64,000 nt of DNA from an uncultured bacterium. Its GTDB lineage: Bacteria > Patescibacteriota > Minisyncoccia > UBA6257 > 2-01-FULL-56-20. Below, piece after piece: positions 18,618-29,386 of the stretch. The stretch is taken from positions 625 to 64,624 of the forward strand of contig CAVYIK010000003.1 of assembly GCA_963768625.1 (NCBI GenBank). The letters are read 5' to 3'. Position numbers and translations under genes: made by a program. The notes beneath the pieces are model-generated. The model was not told where the DNA came from, searched no databases, and was given only the letters and a program-made list of their open reading frames with translations. The stretch's first letter is position 1; each line of letters begins with the position of its first letter.

Positions 18618-19414
18618 TCATGGCTGTGGTGTTCGTGTTCGAGGAGCTTCGTCCATTCCTATGATGGCGATCCTGCCGCGCGAATCTTTCAAAACCTCAA
18701 TGGGAATGCCGTAGAGATCGGTAAGTGACTTTGACGTGAGGACTTCCGAGGGCTTGCCGTCGTGACCCGGCCGTTCGCAACGTAAATGACCCGGTCCAGC
18801 ACCGGCAAAAGCGGATTGATGTTGTGGGCGATCAGGAGCACTGTGACCCGCGCGAACGCACGACGTCGTTGATGAGCTGCACAAAATTCGCCTCCCGGCG
18901 CATATCAAGATTGGCGAGAGGTTCGTCGAGCAAAAGCAGGTCCGGTTTTCCGATCAGCGCTTCGGCAAGAAATATGCGCTGCAGTTCGCCGCCCGAGAGC
19001 ACGCCGAGCGGCCGATGCGCCAATTCTTCCGCGCCCACCGTGCGCAGCGCCGCAAGCGCTTCTTCGGTGCCTTGCTTCGCCGAACCGATCCCCCAGCGAT
19101 TCCCGTCAAGCCCAAGGCGCACGAGCTGGAGCGCTTCGATGCCCGTCTCGCTGTCTATGGGATGTTGCTGCGGGACATAGCCGATCCGCGGATTGCCGCG
19201 CCGCGGAGCTTTTCCGAAAACAGACAAGGAACCGCTCGAGCGGCTGCGTGAGCCCCAGGAGCAGCCGGAACAACGTCGTTTTGCCGGCGCCGTTCGGGCC
19301 AAGCACCGCAACGAACTCTCCCTGCCCGATCGAAAAATTCGCATCTTTCCAGACGGTCTTTGCCGGATATCCTCCCGCCGCATTTTCGGCGGCAATGACA
19401 GTATCTACATCCAT
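18618..19414 (-). pseudogene. metal ABC transporter ATP-binding protein, ZnuC family (2 frameshifts)
   Basis: Walker A GPNGAGKTTLF (19106..19414); LSGGELQRIFLAEAL and LLLLDEP (18832..19395); C-terminus in 18618..18908. Confidence 0.8.
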
Positions 19415-19417
19415 GTG

Positions 19418-20345
19418 TTATTGTCCGAGTGTTTTTGCATTGAGGGCGTTCTGCAATTCGATCAGTTCGGCATTCATCCAATCCTCGAAAGAAGCGTCCG
19501 GCGGCTGGATCGTTTCGGTGACGCCGATGACGGGTATGCCCTGATCCGCGGCAAGCTTTTTTATGTTTTCGGTAAGCGGCGTCACGGTCTGTTGGTTATA
19601 CACCAATACCCGGATCCCTCCGCTCTTCAGCTGATTTTCAAATTCCACAATGCTTGATGCCGGCGGATCATTGCCTTCGGCTACGGCTTGGATAAATGCC
19701 GGCGGCGAAACAAGGTCGAGGCCGGCCGCATCGCGAGATAGGCAAAAATATCTTCCGTCGCCGCGACTTTCGTGCCCCCGAATTGCTGCTGTATGCTCGC
19801 AATGCGATTTTGATATTGCGCAAGCGACGCTTGAAGCGTCTTATATTGCTCTTCGTAATAAGAAGCGTTCGCGGGATCAAGCGCAATGAGATCTTGTTCC
19901 ATTTGAGCGGCCGCTTGATTCACATAGGCGGGATTATACCAAAAATGCGGGTTGTCCCCTTCTTTTTTCCCGAGCAGGGTTGCCACATTCAGCACTTTGC
20001 GGTTCGGATTCTCGAACTCGCGCCGAGCAGCTTGTCCATCCAGCTGTCATATCCCGCGCCGTTCTCTATGACGTAATTCGCCGTTGCGACCGCGCGCGCG
20101 TCGGTCGCATTGCTTTCATATTCATGCGGGTCGGCGTTCGGGTCCGACACAACGCTCAACACCTGCACGCGCGAACCGCCGATCTGCGCGACCAAGCTGC
20201 CCCAAAAATTCTCGGCGGCCACTACCTGCAATACCGATCCGGACGCGGGAGCCACGGAGGTTTTGCCGTGAGAAAATATAAAAAAATAAAATCCGGCGAT
20301 GGCGATGATTGCAAGAATGCCCCATATCCACCAAGCCCTGTTCAT
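19418..20345 (-). pseudogene. metal-binding periplasmic solute-binding protein, ZnuA/TroA family (2 frameshifts)
   Basis: Three fragments: 19989..20345 (anchor + DPHEYE), 19681..19995 (NPHFWYNP) and 19418..19648. Confidence 0.75.
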
Positions 20346-20387
20346 GATTCTATTTTAGCAAACGATTTTGACAAACGAAGCGCGGCC

Positions 20388-21606
20388 CTATCTCCTCTCA
20401 CGCCGCTGCCTAAACTGCCGCGGCTTGAATCGCCGGAAGGGACGCTCTCGTTCAAATGGTTGTTGCATGGAAGCAGCAGGTGCAGGAGGCAGGACCGGCA
20501 TCCTGGATACCGGCAGCGTGGCACGCATCAGGCGCTCGATCGCCTGCACGTCCCCTCTTTGATCCGGCCGGGCGAAGGAAATGGCATGGCCTTTGCCGCC
20601 GGCGCGACCGGTGCGCCCGATGCGGTGAACATAATCCTCCGCGACCGACGGGAGGTCGTAGTTGAGCACGAGCTCAATGTTCTTTACGTCGATGCCCCGC
20701 GCGGCAATGTCGGTCGCCACGATCACGCGGTATTTACCGTTCTTGAAACCCTCCAATGCTTCTTGCCGCTGGTTCTGCGAGCGGTTGGAGTGGAATTCCA
20801 CCGCCGTATGCCCGAGCGTGCGCACATGGGCCGCGATCTTCTTCGCGCTGAACTTCGTCCTTGAAAATACGAGCACCGAACCGCGGTATTCCTGTAAAAC
20901 TTTCGTAAGTAATCTCGGCTTTTCTGCCTGGGTCACAAAGAACAATTCCTGCGTGACGTCCTTTGCCGCCGTGCCCGACCGCGCAACCTCCACGCGCACC
21001 GGGAGCTTGAGAAATGCCCGCGCCATGGAAACGATGCTTTCCGGCATCGTGGCCGAGAAAAGCATCGTCTGCCGTTCGCGAGGAAGGACCGCGAGGATGC
21101 GCTTGAGCTGCGGCGCGAATCCCATATCAAGCATCCGGTCGGCTTCATCAAGCACGACGATGCTCACTTCCTTTAAGCCCACTGTCTTTTGTTCAAGGTG
21201 ATCAATGAGCCGTCCGGGGGTTGCGAGGACGATCTGCGGCCTGCGTTCAAGCGCGTGCCATTGTCTGCGTATCGGTTCGCCACCGATCAAGACGGCGGTC
21301 TTAACGCCAAGCGGCGTGCCGATCTTTCTTAATGCCTCATCCACCTGCACCGCGAGCTCCCGCGTAGGCAGGAGAATGAGCGCCCGGCGGCGCGGGTCTT
21401 TCAGCATGTTTTGGATGAGCGGTATTCCGAACGCGAATGTCTTCCCGGTGCCGGTCTGCGCGATCCCCATCATATCCTTTCCCTTCGATCGCCTGAGGGA
21501 TGGATTGCTCCTGGATCGGCGTGGGCGTCGTCAAGCGGAGCTTATCAAGAACAGTGAGGATGCTCGGAGCGATACCGAGGCCCCGGAAGCCGGATTGGTC
21601 GGGCAT
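20388..21606 (-). CDS. DEAD-box ATP-dependent RNA helicase (one frameshift near 21470)
   Basis: PTPIQEQSIP (Q motif region, ORF 21337..21606), AQTGTGKT, VLDEADRMLD, SAT, RGID, HRIGRTGRAG, R-rich tail. Confidence 0.85.
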
Positions 21607-21616
21607 GGTGATCGTC

Positions 21617-22036
21617 TTAATTTGAAGCGGCCGATTCGGAGAGGTAGCTGTACAAGGTCCTGTGGGTCTCGCCGGCTACTTTCCGGAGCAGTTCCCGGCG
21701 CTTCCAGAACGAATTGTTCTCGGAGAGGTCGTTCTTCCGGATGGAGCTTAGCTCGCGGATCGCCACATAACGGTCGTGCCCGAGGTCGTTCGTGGTGCTT
21801 GCGTCAATGTCTTCTATCCCCTGGTAAACCTGCTTCATCACAAAATACTTCGGCGAAAGTTCCCCTGCGCGGCTCCCCTTTTTTGCGCCGGAAAAAAAGA
21901 CTGCGAACGAGGGGGTTGATTCAATATATTTAACGAAGTCATGAAGCGAAACGAAAAAAGTGAAACCAGGGGGAGTTTCCCGGACTTCTTTGAGCTTTCG
22001 GTCAAGAGCCGATTGTATCTTCTTTGAAGATCCCAT
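21617..22036 (-). CDS. hypothetical protein
   Basis: 139-aa intact ORF with no motif I recognise. Confidence 0.4.
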   Translation of the reverse strand: MGSSKKIQSALDRKLKEVRETPPGFTFFVSLHDFVKYIESTPSFAVFFSGAKKGSRAGELSPKYFVMKQVYQGIEDIDASTTNDLGHDRYVAIRELSSIRKNDLSENNSFWKRRELLRKVAGETHRTLYSYLSESAASN

Positions 22037-22080
22037 TTATCAATGTTAGCACGCTTTCGGAGAAATAGCGATGTATTCTT

Positions 22081-23286
22081 CTATCCGAACGTGAATGTAT
22101 ACGCTTGGAGACCAGGCGACGAAATGATGAATTCCAAAAGATGATTGCCGGGAGCCGCGTCGTCAATGATCCGATAAAGGCGATTTCCGCTCACGCGCAC
22201 ATAACTCTTCCCATTCTCGTAGAAAATATCCGCTCCTGCGACCGCCCGATCTATCGGCTGCCCGTCGCGGAGCACCTCTATGTCGATAGGTGTTCCGTTC
22301 GCGGAGCCGGCGACGAAATAGACTCCTTTCGCTTGATACCGGTAATAAATCTGGCTGGAGGTAGCTGCGCCGTTCCCCGTGGACGCCGGCGTCTCTGCGT
22401 ATTCTGAAACAATATCCCAGGCGCCTGCCAAATAGAGGGTGTTTGGCACCGTGACGAGAGGCGCGCTGAACGACTGCGTCCCTGTCTCCCCCTGCGTGCC
22501 ATTCCCAAGATATTGATTCCGCGCGGCGCCGAAATATGTTTCGGGGCTTATCGCCCCTCCCGCAATCGTGCTTGATGCCACAAAAACGCTCGAGGTAGGC
22601 ATCGGCCCCATGGGCGCGCCCAGGATCGCGCTCCGTTCGGCAAGCAATTTTTGGATCTCCGCCTCTGTCTCGTCATAGTTCCCCTCCCCGATCTGGTCAT
22701 GGACGATATAGCCTGCGAGGTCAATGAGGTACTCGTGAGGCCAATAAAGATTTCCGTACGCGGTCCAGGTGCCATAGTTGCTGTCGAGGACGACCGGATA
22801 GTTGATGCCGAATTTTTGAACTGCCGCCTGGACGTTCGCATAATTCTTCTCAAAATCGAACTCGGGCGTATGAATGCCCACGATCTCCAAGCCCTGATCG
22901 TGATACCGCCCATACCATGCCGTGAGGTACGGGAGCGTGCGGATGCAATTGATGCAGCTGTACGTCCAAAAATCGAGGAGGACCACGTCTTTGCCGATGA
23001 GGTTCGCGAGGCGGAACGAAGAGCTCGCGTTGATGAAGCCGGTGGGGCCTGCTATCTCGATCGCCGGCGAGTAGCCCGCGGCCCTGTCCGCCGTAGCGAG
23101 AGCTGCGAGCGTTGTCGTGGCACCGAGATTCGTTGCACTGGAATTCGCAGTGGAGCTTACATTGATCGCCTGAGAAGACGCGCTGCTTCCCGTAGCTCCC
23201 GGACGCACCTTCATACTTTCGAGATACCAAATGGTGCCTACGATAAGGACAACAGCGACAAGCAAGCCGAAATTCTTTTTATCCAT
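22081..23286 (-). CDS. membrane-anchored thioredoxin-like (redoxin/DipZ C-terminal-like) protein
   Basis: LLDFWTYSCINCIRTLPYL (CxxC), IVGIHTPEFDFEK, YWPHEYLID. Adjacent to ccdA. Confidence 0.75.
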   Translation of the reverse strand: MDKKNFGLLVAVVLIVGTIWYLESMKVRPGATGSSASSQAINVSSTANSSATNLGATTTLAALATADRAAGYSPAIEIAGPTGFINASSSFRLANLIGKDVVLLDFWTYSCINCIRTLPYLTAWYGRYHDQGLEIVGIHTPEFDFEKNYANVQAAVQKFGINYPVVLDSNYGTWTAYGNLYWPHEYLIDLAGYIVHDQIGEGNYDETEAEIQKLLAERSAILGAPMGPMPTSSVFVASSTIAGGAISPETYFGAARNQYLGNGTQGETGTQSFSAPLVTVPNTLYLAGAWDIVSEYAETPASTGNGAATSSQIYYRYQAKGVYFVAGSANGTPIDIEVLRDGQPIDRAVAGADIFYENGKSYVRVSGNRLYRIIDDAAPGNHLLEFIISSPGLQAYTFTFG

Positions 23287-23291
23287 GATGG

Positions 23292-24008
23292 TTAGAGGTT
23301 ATGCTTCAAAAGGAATTGGTTCACGAAGTCAAAGTTCGCCACGAGCGACAAGCTTTGCGTGAAGACGAGGACGCCGAGAATGACAAGGATCGCGCCGAAT
23401 GCCTTCGTGACATATTCCAGCTGTGCTGCGTAGCGGTTGATGGCATTTGCCGCCTGCGCAGCGAGTGCGCCGACAACAAGGAATGGGATGCCAAGCCCGA
23501 TCGCATAGGAAAGAAGCAGGAAGAACGCTTCGCCCGGCGCCGATGCGGCGAGCCCCAAGATGCCGCCGAGGACGGGCCCCACGCAAGGGGTCCACCCCGC
23601 AGCGAAAGCGAATCCGAACACGAGCGAGGTAAGATATCTTGAGCGGAACGAAATGCCGACGCGGAGCTTGTGGTCAAACTCGAGGAATGGGATCTTAAAG
23701 AACCCCATGAGGTAAAGGCCGAAGAAAATGACGAGTGCGCCGCCGATCCACGAGAGCCATTCCTGCACCGCGTATGCGGCGTGGGCGAGCACACTGTTCA
23801 GGACGACGCCGAGGATCGCAAAGACAATGGAGAAGCCGATGACAAAAAACAAGCTGTTCAGAAAGATCGTGATGCGCGAGGGTTTCGCGGCGCCCGAGGA
23901 TTCGCCCGCGAGGTACGCAAGGAACCCCGGGATGATCGGCAGGACGCACGGGGACAAAAAAGACACGATACCCGCGATAAAGGCGACGATGATCGGCACA
24001 TTGAGCAT
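23292..24008 (-). CDS. ccdA: cytochrome c biogenesis/thiol-disulfide electron transporter CcdA (DsbD family)
   Basis: MLNVPIIVAFIAGIVSFLSPCVLPIIPGFLAYLAG.. and a second ..AGWTPCVGPVLGGIL.. motif. Confidence 0.85.
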   Translation of the reverse strand: MLNVPIIVAFIAGIVSFLSPCVLPIIPGFLAYLAGESSGAAKPSRITIFLNSLFFVIGFSIVFAILGVVLNSVLAHAAYAVQEWLSWIGGALVIFFGLYLMGFFKIPFLEFDHKLRVGISFRSRYLTSLVFGFAFAAGWTPCVGPVLGGILGLAASAPGEAFFLLLSYAIGLGIPFLVVGALAAQAANAINRYAAQLEYVTKAFGAILVILGVLVFTQSLSLVANFDFVNQFLLKHNL

Positions 24009-24118
24009 ACCGTTTATTTTATAATGCCCGCGCGGCGGCCGCCAGTCGTGCAACAAAAACCCCGATTTTGCGTATAATAATTAAGGAAAGGTCGAGATCG
24101 AAACAACGGGAAAATACA

Positions 24119-24448
24119 ATGTCCAAAACAACAATCATAGTAATCTGTGTCGTGGTGGCACTGCTCGTCGCAGGCGGCATCTGGTGGTGGAGCATGAGTA
24201 CGGCGAACGCGCCGAGCTCCCCTGCCGCATATGCTCCGTCCGCTCCTCCGGCGGCCATGCCTACGCAGACACAGGGAACAAATACAGCTCCCGCCCAGGC
24301 GCCCACGCTTGCCGCGACGGGAACTTCCGATGCCGCCCTCAATGCGGACCTCTCGCAGATAGACAGTCAGATGAACGGCATGAGCGGCGACAATGCGAGC
24401 ATCAACCAGGGACTGACCGACCAACCCGTCCAACAGCAACAACTCTAA
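24119..24448 (+). CDS. small membrane-anchored hypothetical protein
   Basis: MSKTTIIVICVVVALLVAGGIWWW anchor with an A/P/T-rich tail. Confidence 0.5.
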   Translation: MSKTTIIVICVVVALLVAGGIWWWSMSTANAPSSPAAYAPSAPPAAMPTQTQGTNTAPAQAPTLAATGTSDAALNADLSQIDSQMNGMSGDNASINQGLTDQPVQQQQL

Positions 24449-24449
24449 T

Positions 24450-25256
24450 ATGCACATGAATAAAAATATTGTTGCGATAGCCATGGGCGCCGTGCTCCTT
24501 GTTGGAGCAAGCGCGCTTCCGGCGTTGGCGATGACGACCAGTACGATGTCAGCCGCGCTGGCAAACCGCCGCGCGCAGCTCATTACGAACGCGCAAAACC
24601 GCGCTGACCAGGAGATCACGCGGCGCGTGAATTCATTGAACGCATTGAGTACGCGCGTGAATGCGATGGTGCGGCTTTCTTCGGACGAGAAAAGCGGTTT
24701 GTCCTCCACTATCCAGTCGCAGATCACGCTCATGAACAATCTTCAGGCGCAGATCGCGACGGATGCGCAGGACAATTCTACGTCGTCTCTAAAGACGGAC
24801 ATACAGTCCATCACGAAATCCTACCGCATCTTCGCCCTCGTAATTCCGCAGGGCGCAATCGCGGCGGCAGCGGACCGGGTGGAGACGATCGCGGGGCTTT
24901 TCACGAGCTTCGCCACGCAGCTAGAAACGCGGATCACCGCGGCGCAGACGGCCGGCAACGATACGACAGCCGCGGCGGCCGCGCTTGCCGATATGAACGC
25001 GAAGATCGCGGACGCGAATACGCAGGCACAGGCGGCAGTCACGGAAACCGCGAGCTTGCAGCCCGACAACGGCGTCCAAAGCGTAATGGCTTCAAATACG
25101 GCGGCCTTGAAGGACGCTCGGACGAAGATCCAGGCGGCACAGGCGGACCTTACCGCGGCACGCAAGGACGCAGGAACGATCGTAAAGGACCTGCGTGCGT
25201 TCAAAGTATCGGCTTCGGCGACGAGCACGATCTCAGCATCAGGAACCGCGCAGTAG
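24450..25256 (+). CDS. secreted Ala/Thr/Gln-rich, probably coiled-coil, hypothetical protein
   Basis: Signal-like MNKNIVAIAMGAVLLVGASALPALA; long helical low-complexity body. Confidence 0.5.
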   Translation: MHMNKNIVAIAMGAVLLVGASALPALAMTTSTMSAALANRRAQLITNAQNRADQEITRRVNSLNALSTRVNAMVRLSSDEKSGLSSTIQSQITLMNNLQAQIATDAQDNSTSSLKTDIQSITKSYRIFALVIPQGAIAAAADRVETIAGLFTSFATQLETRITAAQTAGNDTTAAAAALADMNAKIADANTQAQAAVTETASLQPDNGVQSVMASNTAALKDARTKIQAAQADLTAARKDAGTIVKDLRAFKVSASATSTISASGTAQ

Positions 25257-25294
25257 TCATCTCTCGAAGCTCGCAAGAGCGATGAGAACAAAAA

Positions 25295-25316
25295 GGCGCC
25301 CCACGGGGCGCTTTTT
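25295..25316 (+). terminator. Rho-independent terminator
   Basis: GCGCCC-cacg-GGGCGC followed by TTTTT. Confidence 0.7.
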
Positions 25317-25320
25317 GGTT

Positions 25321-25326
25321 TATACT
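25321..25326 (+). promoter_or_regulatory. -10 box TATACT 7 nt upstream of ATG 25334 (leaderless-type)
   Basis: TATACTttacattATG. Confidence 0.4.
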
Positions 25327-25333
25327 TTACATT

Positions 25334-27148
25334 ATGCCCGAAAATCCAAAAACAACCCCACGCGCAATGACCGCGGGCGCAGGAGATGTCCTCTGGGCAT
25401 ACGTCCGTGAAACGCGCCGACACCTAGGACTCTTTACCGTGGTTTTCCTGGGCGCGCTCGGCATTCAAGCCGCCGGCCTTATCGCACCGCTTTATTTGCG
25501 GCAGCTTTTGAACCTGCTTGTCGCCGCGAACCATGACGTGGACACTATGCACAAGCTGATGGGGCTTGTCGGCATTATCGCGACCGCGTATCTCTTAGAG
25601 TGGGTATCGCGTCGGATGCAGACGTACGGCATTATCTATCTGGAATCGCGCGCGATGGCGAACTTGTATTCGTCCACCTTCGATTATCTCGTCAAGCATT
25701 CGTACCATTTCTTCATCTCGCGGTTCAGCGGGACACTCACACGGAGGGTCAGTAAATACGCAGCCGCCTTTGAGACGCTCATGGACGGCGTCATGCTGCA
25801 GTTCTTCCCGACGGCGGTCTTTGCGGTCGGCGCGGTCGCGATCCTTTTTATCCGCAATCATATCCTGGGCATCGCCCTCGGGATATGGGTGGTCTGTTTT
25901 GTTGCCTTCCAGCTTTTCGTAGCGCGCCTGCGGCAACCTCTCCGCGTCGCGCGGTCCGAAATGGACAGCAAGATGGTGGGCTCCCTCTCGGACGCGATCT
26001 CAAACCAGAATACGATCGCTCTCTTTTCTGGCAATCTTTTTGAGCTTGGCTTGTTCCGAAGCGTCATCGAGCTCTGGCGTAAGGCGACGATGCGCTCCTG
26101 GGGTGCCGATGAGCTTATCTGGTCGGTGCAGGGCCTTTTCATCGTTGGCATCAACATCGGGCTGCTCTACGGCGCAGTGGTCTTCTGGGAAAAGGGGCTG
26201 ATTACAGTCGGCGACTTCGTGCTCATCCAAAGCTATCTCCTTAGTCTCTTTAGCCAGCTCGGCGGCGTGAGCAACCAGATACGCCGCTTCTACGACGCGT
26301 TCGCCGATGCCATTGAGATGACCGAAATATTGAAGATGCCCCACGAGATCAAAGACCGCCCCGGCGCAAAGCCGCTCGCAATCGCGCATTCGGAGATCAC
26401 CTTCAAGGATGTCGGTTTTTATTTCTATGAGCAACGGCCGATACTCCAGCATTTCAATCTCGTGGTGAAGGGCAGCGAAAAACTTGCCCTCGTGGGGCCG
26501 TCCGGCGCCGGGAAGACAACGGTCACGAAATTGCTTCTGCGTCTCTATGACGTATCAAGTGGTGCGATTGAGATCGACGGGCAGAACATCGCCGCGGTCA
26601 CGCAAGAAAGCTTGCGCAACGCGATCGCCTTCGTGCCGCAAGAGCCGATCCTCTTCCATCGCACGCTTATGGAAAATATCCGTTATGGCAGGCGCGATGC
26701 AACGGACGATGCCGTGATCGCGGCCGCGAAACAGGCGCACTGTCACGAATTCATTTCGGCAATGCCCGAGGGGTATCAGACGTATGTCGGCGAGCGCGGT
26801 GTGAAGCTCTCGGGCGGCGAACGCCAGCGGGTCGCGATTGCGCGGGCAATATTGAAAAACGCTCCCATTCTTGTTCTTGACGAGGCAACCTCCAGTTTGG
26901 ATTCAGAATCTGAAGCGCTCATCCAGGACGCGCTCCATGTCCTCATGGAAGGGAAAACGGTCATTGTGATTGCTCACCGGCTTTCCACCATCATGAAAAT
27001 GGACCGGATCGTCGTTATTGAAAACGGGGAGGTGGTCGCGGAAGGCAGCCATCACGAGCTCCTCCAGCAAGGCGGTTTGTATAAAAAGTTGTGGAGCATC
27101 CAAGCCGGCGGCTTCCGGGACGAGGAGGCCGGCGAGGAAGTGGAATAA
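25334..27148 (+). CDS. ABC exporter, fused permease/ATPase (MsbA/type-1 exporter family)
   Basis: 604 aa with an N-terminal 6-TM region, GPSGAGKTT, LSGGERQRVAIARA, LVLDEATSSLD. Confidence 0.9.
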   Translation: MPENPKTTPRAMTAGAGDVLWAYVRETRRHLGLFTVVFLGALGIQAAGLIAPLYLRQLLNLLVAANHDVDTMHKLMGLVGIIATAYLLEWVSRRMQTYGIIYLESRAMANLYSSTFDYLVKHSYHFFISRFSGTLTRRVSKYAAAFETLMDGVMLQFFPTAVFAVGAVAILFIRNHILGIALGIWVVCFVAFQLFVARLRQPLRVARSEMDSKMVGSLSDAISNQNTIALFSGNLFELGLFRSVIELWRKATMRSWGADELIWSVQGLFIVGINIGLLYGAVVFWEKGLITVGDFVLIQSYLLSLFSQLGGVSNQIRRFYDAFADAIEMTEILKMPHEIKDRPGAKPLAIAHSEITFKDVGFYFYEQRPILQHFNLVVKGSEKLALVGPSGAGKTTVTKLLLRLYDVSSGAIEIDGQNIAAVTQESLRNAIAFVPQEPILFHRTLMENIRYGRRDATDDAVIAAAKQAHCHEFISAMPEGYQTYVGERGVKLSGGERQRVAIARAILKNAPILVLDEATSSLDSESEALIQDALHVLMEGKTVIVIAHRLSTIMKMDRIVVIENGEVVAEGSHHELLQQGGLYKKLWSIQAGGFRDEEAGEEVE

Positions 27149-27155
27149 AAAAGGG

Positions 27156-27196
27156 GCCAGAGGGAGGGCAGGAAGTATTTCCCTGCCACCTCTGGC
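27156..27196 (-). terminator. hairpin terminator shared by convergent genes (U-run on the minus strand)
   Basis: GCCAGAGG..GGCAGG-aagtattt-CCTGCC..CCTCTGGC, with an A-run on the plus side. Confidence 0.6.
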
Positions 27197-27202
27197 GTTA
27201 TG

Positions 27203-28291
27203 TCACTTTGCAGTGACTGGTTGTTCAAACTTCACAAGGGTGCACACGAGCTCGATGAGCTCGTCGTCGGTCTTGTCTGTCGGTGCGATCCCCATGAACT
27301 GGCGCGAGCCGTTCATGAGCATCGGCGATTGAAACCGGGTTTCGTGATACCACCTCCCGGGCTCATCGCTTTCGAGACGTTCCACAAGGGCTTTGAATTC
27401 TGCGCCCTTGTGCCTGAAGGAGGATTGGATATGCGCCTGATCCCTCTCATTCCTCATGATCGCGATCGCGAGCTTGCCCGACCCGACCCATTCGTACAAG
27501 AAGGCCTCCCCTTGGAAATAGCCGACCACAGTGACCAACCCGCCTCGCTTGCCCTGAACGGAAAATGAGCGAACCTCTTCGTAGCTCAATTTCGATGCCC
27601 AAGCGCGGGCAGCATCGCGGCGCTCAGCAATTCTCTTCACCTTGTCGAGCCACCAACCGACCTTTTCCATGATCTCCGCTGAACTCCGGCCGCTCATGAA
27701 GAGCTGTCGGAAGTACATCGGCAACGTGAAAGGAAGAACTTCCTTCTCTGAAACCTTGAAGCCGTTCCATAGGTCCCGCAAAGCGGAGAACTGCGGATCG
27801 GTGAAGAGGTCTTCCAGCTTTCGCTTGCTGCCGTTTAGGAACCAAGCGTTGACCACGTCCATTCCGTGGTCGAACACCACTTCCTGCGACACTTCGCCGC
27901 TGTTCATGACATGGTAGGCGTCGCGAAGAATTTTCGCAACGGAGTGGCGGGCGTTTTTCAAGAAGCCCGTCTGGTTGTTTTTGTTCACGAGCTCGACGAG
28001 TTGGTTATAAGCGCGGCCCGTTGTCGTGTCGGAGGCCATCTTCTCCACCTCTGCGGCGGAGCCGGCGCTCTTGTGGTACTTCTTGTTCCCTACGTCAATC
28101 AGATACGGCTTCACCCCGGGAGAACAGAGCGATTCCCACTTCTCGTAGTGTTCCGGCGAAGGCATATTTACATCGCAAAACTGTACCTCCAGCCGATAAC
28201 GTTCTCCGAAGTCGAGTTCGACTCGCTTGTAGGCGACGAGCTTGTCGATCGGTGATCTTGCTGGTACCACAACGCACATCGTGGGCTTCAT
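27203..28291 (-). CDS. hypothetical protein; its C-terminal region resembles that of the upstream 322-aa protein
   Basis: 362-aa intact ORF with no recognised motif. C-terminal ..GRWYHETRFQSPMLMNGSRQFMGIAPTDKT.. parallels ..EEWYFDTRAKTIQNGGIRPQWTTPTRLS.. of 28405..29373. Confidence 0.55.
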   Translation of the reverse strand: MKPTMCVVVPARSPIDKLVAYKRVELDFGERYRLEVQFCDVNMPSPEHYEKWESLCSPGVKPYLIDVGNKKYHKSAGSAAEVEKMASDTTTGRAYNQLVELVNKNNQTGFLKNARHSVAKILRDAYHVMNSGEVSQEVVFDHGMDVVNAWFLNGSKRKLEDLFTDPQFSALRDLWNGFKVSEKEVLPFTLPMYFRQLFMSGRSSAEIMEKVGWWLDKVKRIAERRDAARAWASKLSYEEVRSFSVQGKRGGLVTVVGYFQGEAFLYEWVGSGKLAIAIMRNERDQAHIQSSFRHKGAEFKALVERLESDEPGRWYHETRFQSPMLMNGSRQFMGIAPTDKTDDELIELVCTLVKFEQPVTAK

Positions 28292-28404
28292 AGGCCCTCC
28301 TTGTGAGATCCTTTCCCTTGTGAGGAAAGTACGGTTGTTAAGTTGCTACCGTGACAGACAAGCTGCCACGCGTTTGACGGGAACCTGCGTTCTCGCCAAG
28401 CGCG

Positions 28405-29373
28405 TTACAGTTTGATCGCCGCTCCTTGTTTTACAATGTCGCCGATCGCCGCAAGAGAAAGCCGGGTCGGCGTCGTCCATTGCGGCCGGATACCGCCATT
28501 CTGGATGGTCTTCGCCCGCGTGTCAAAATACCATTCTTCGATGCCCTGGACTCTGCCCGGGCTCGTGAGCTCCTTTCCTGCAACAGCAATCGTGCCATCC
28601 TTCGCCTTGAGCTCGCCCTCGCGCAAGAGGCGAACGACTTCGGAAAGGTCGAAGCTTTTTTTCTGCTGCGTCACGATATTCACGTGCCCCGAAGACATCT
28701 TCTGGACCACGATGTCTGCGCCGATTTCTTTCTTCGCCCTTAAGTAACCAGCCATGCCTACCTCATCGGTTTCAATCGTGACCATTTTTACGGGTCCGCG
28801 CGCGCTTTGGATGACGGCCTCTATCGCCTTGCCCTCATCACGCTTTTTCTGGTACTCCGCAGGCAATTCCTCCGTGCGCTTTTTCTCTTCAAGATAATGC
28901 GCGAGCAGGAGTGGCATGACGGCGCCGAGCACCGATTCCTCCTCATCGGGCAGCATGCGGTTCAAATTATTGAGCAGACCGGAAAGCCCAAAGGCGCGAT
29001 CGATAGGGTCCCGCGACAGCGTCCCCCTTCCTTCAATGTCGTCGCGTCGCGCGTACTGCAAAAGTTTCCGAACCGCCGGATCCTGCGCGACGCCGAGATA
29101 CTCCGCCATCATTTCTGATACGCATTTCTCGCGCACTTCGTTCTGCGTTTTGTGATGATCAAAGGCGCCACCCCCCATATCAAGGAGCACATACTCTTCC
29201 TTCTCCAGATCAGCCGCATTCTTGCCCGGGGGAAGGTCCACCCAGAACAGATACTCCGCATCTTTGATCCCCGGAAATCGGCGCTCCCCGAAGTACTTCA
29301 AGAAGAAGCATGCGACGACGGCGTCCACCTGCAGGCGCGGAAGCATAACGATTTTCCAGCGATGAGAGTTCAT
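28405..29373 (-). CDS. MYG1/UPF0160- or DHH-like putative metal-dependent phosphoesterase (divergent)
   Basis: N-terminus ..QVDAVVACFFLKYF.. and ..VLLDMGGGAFDHHK.. resemble the MYG1 pattern (..DEALACALL.., DVGG.YD..DHHQ). Confidence 0.45.
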   Translation of the reverse strand: MNSHRWKIVMLPRLQVDAVVACFFLKYFGERRFPGIKDAEYLFWVDLPPGKNAADLEKEEYVLLDMGGGAFDHHKTQNEVREKCVSEMMAEYLGVAQDPAVRKLLQYARRDDIEGRGTLSRDPIDRAFGLSGLLNNLNRMLPDEEESVLGAVMPLLLAHYLEEKKRTEELPAEYQKKRDEGKAIEAVIQSARGPVKMVTIETDEVGMAGYLRAKKEIGADIVVQKMSSGHVNIVTQQKKSFDLSEVVRLLREGELKAKDGTIAVAGKELTSPGRVQGIEEWYFDTRAKTIQNGGIRPQWTTPTRLSLAAIGDIVKQGAAIKL

Positions 29374-29386
29374 GGCTTACCTGTAA

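Noticed and set aside
27156-27196. Hairpin as a third member of the 16671/58783 palindrome family
   Set aside because: It shares only GGCCAGAG at the stem base and a GTA in the loop. It is much shorter and is flanked by a proper U-run on the minus strand, so it is best explained as an ordinary terminator.
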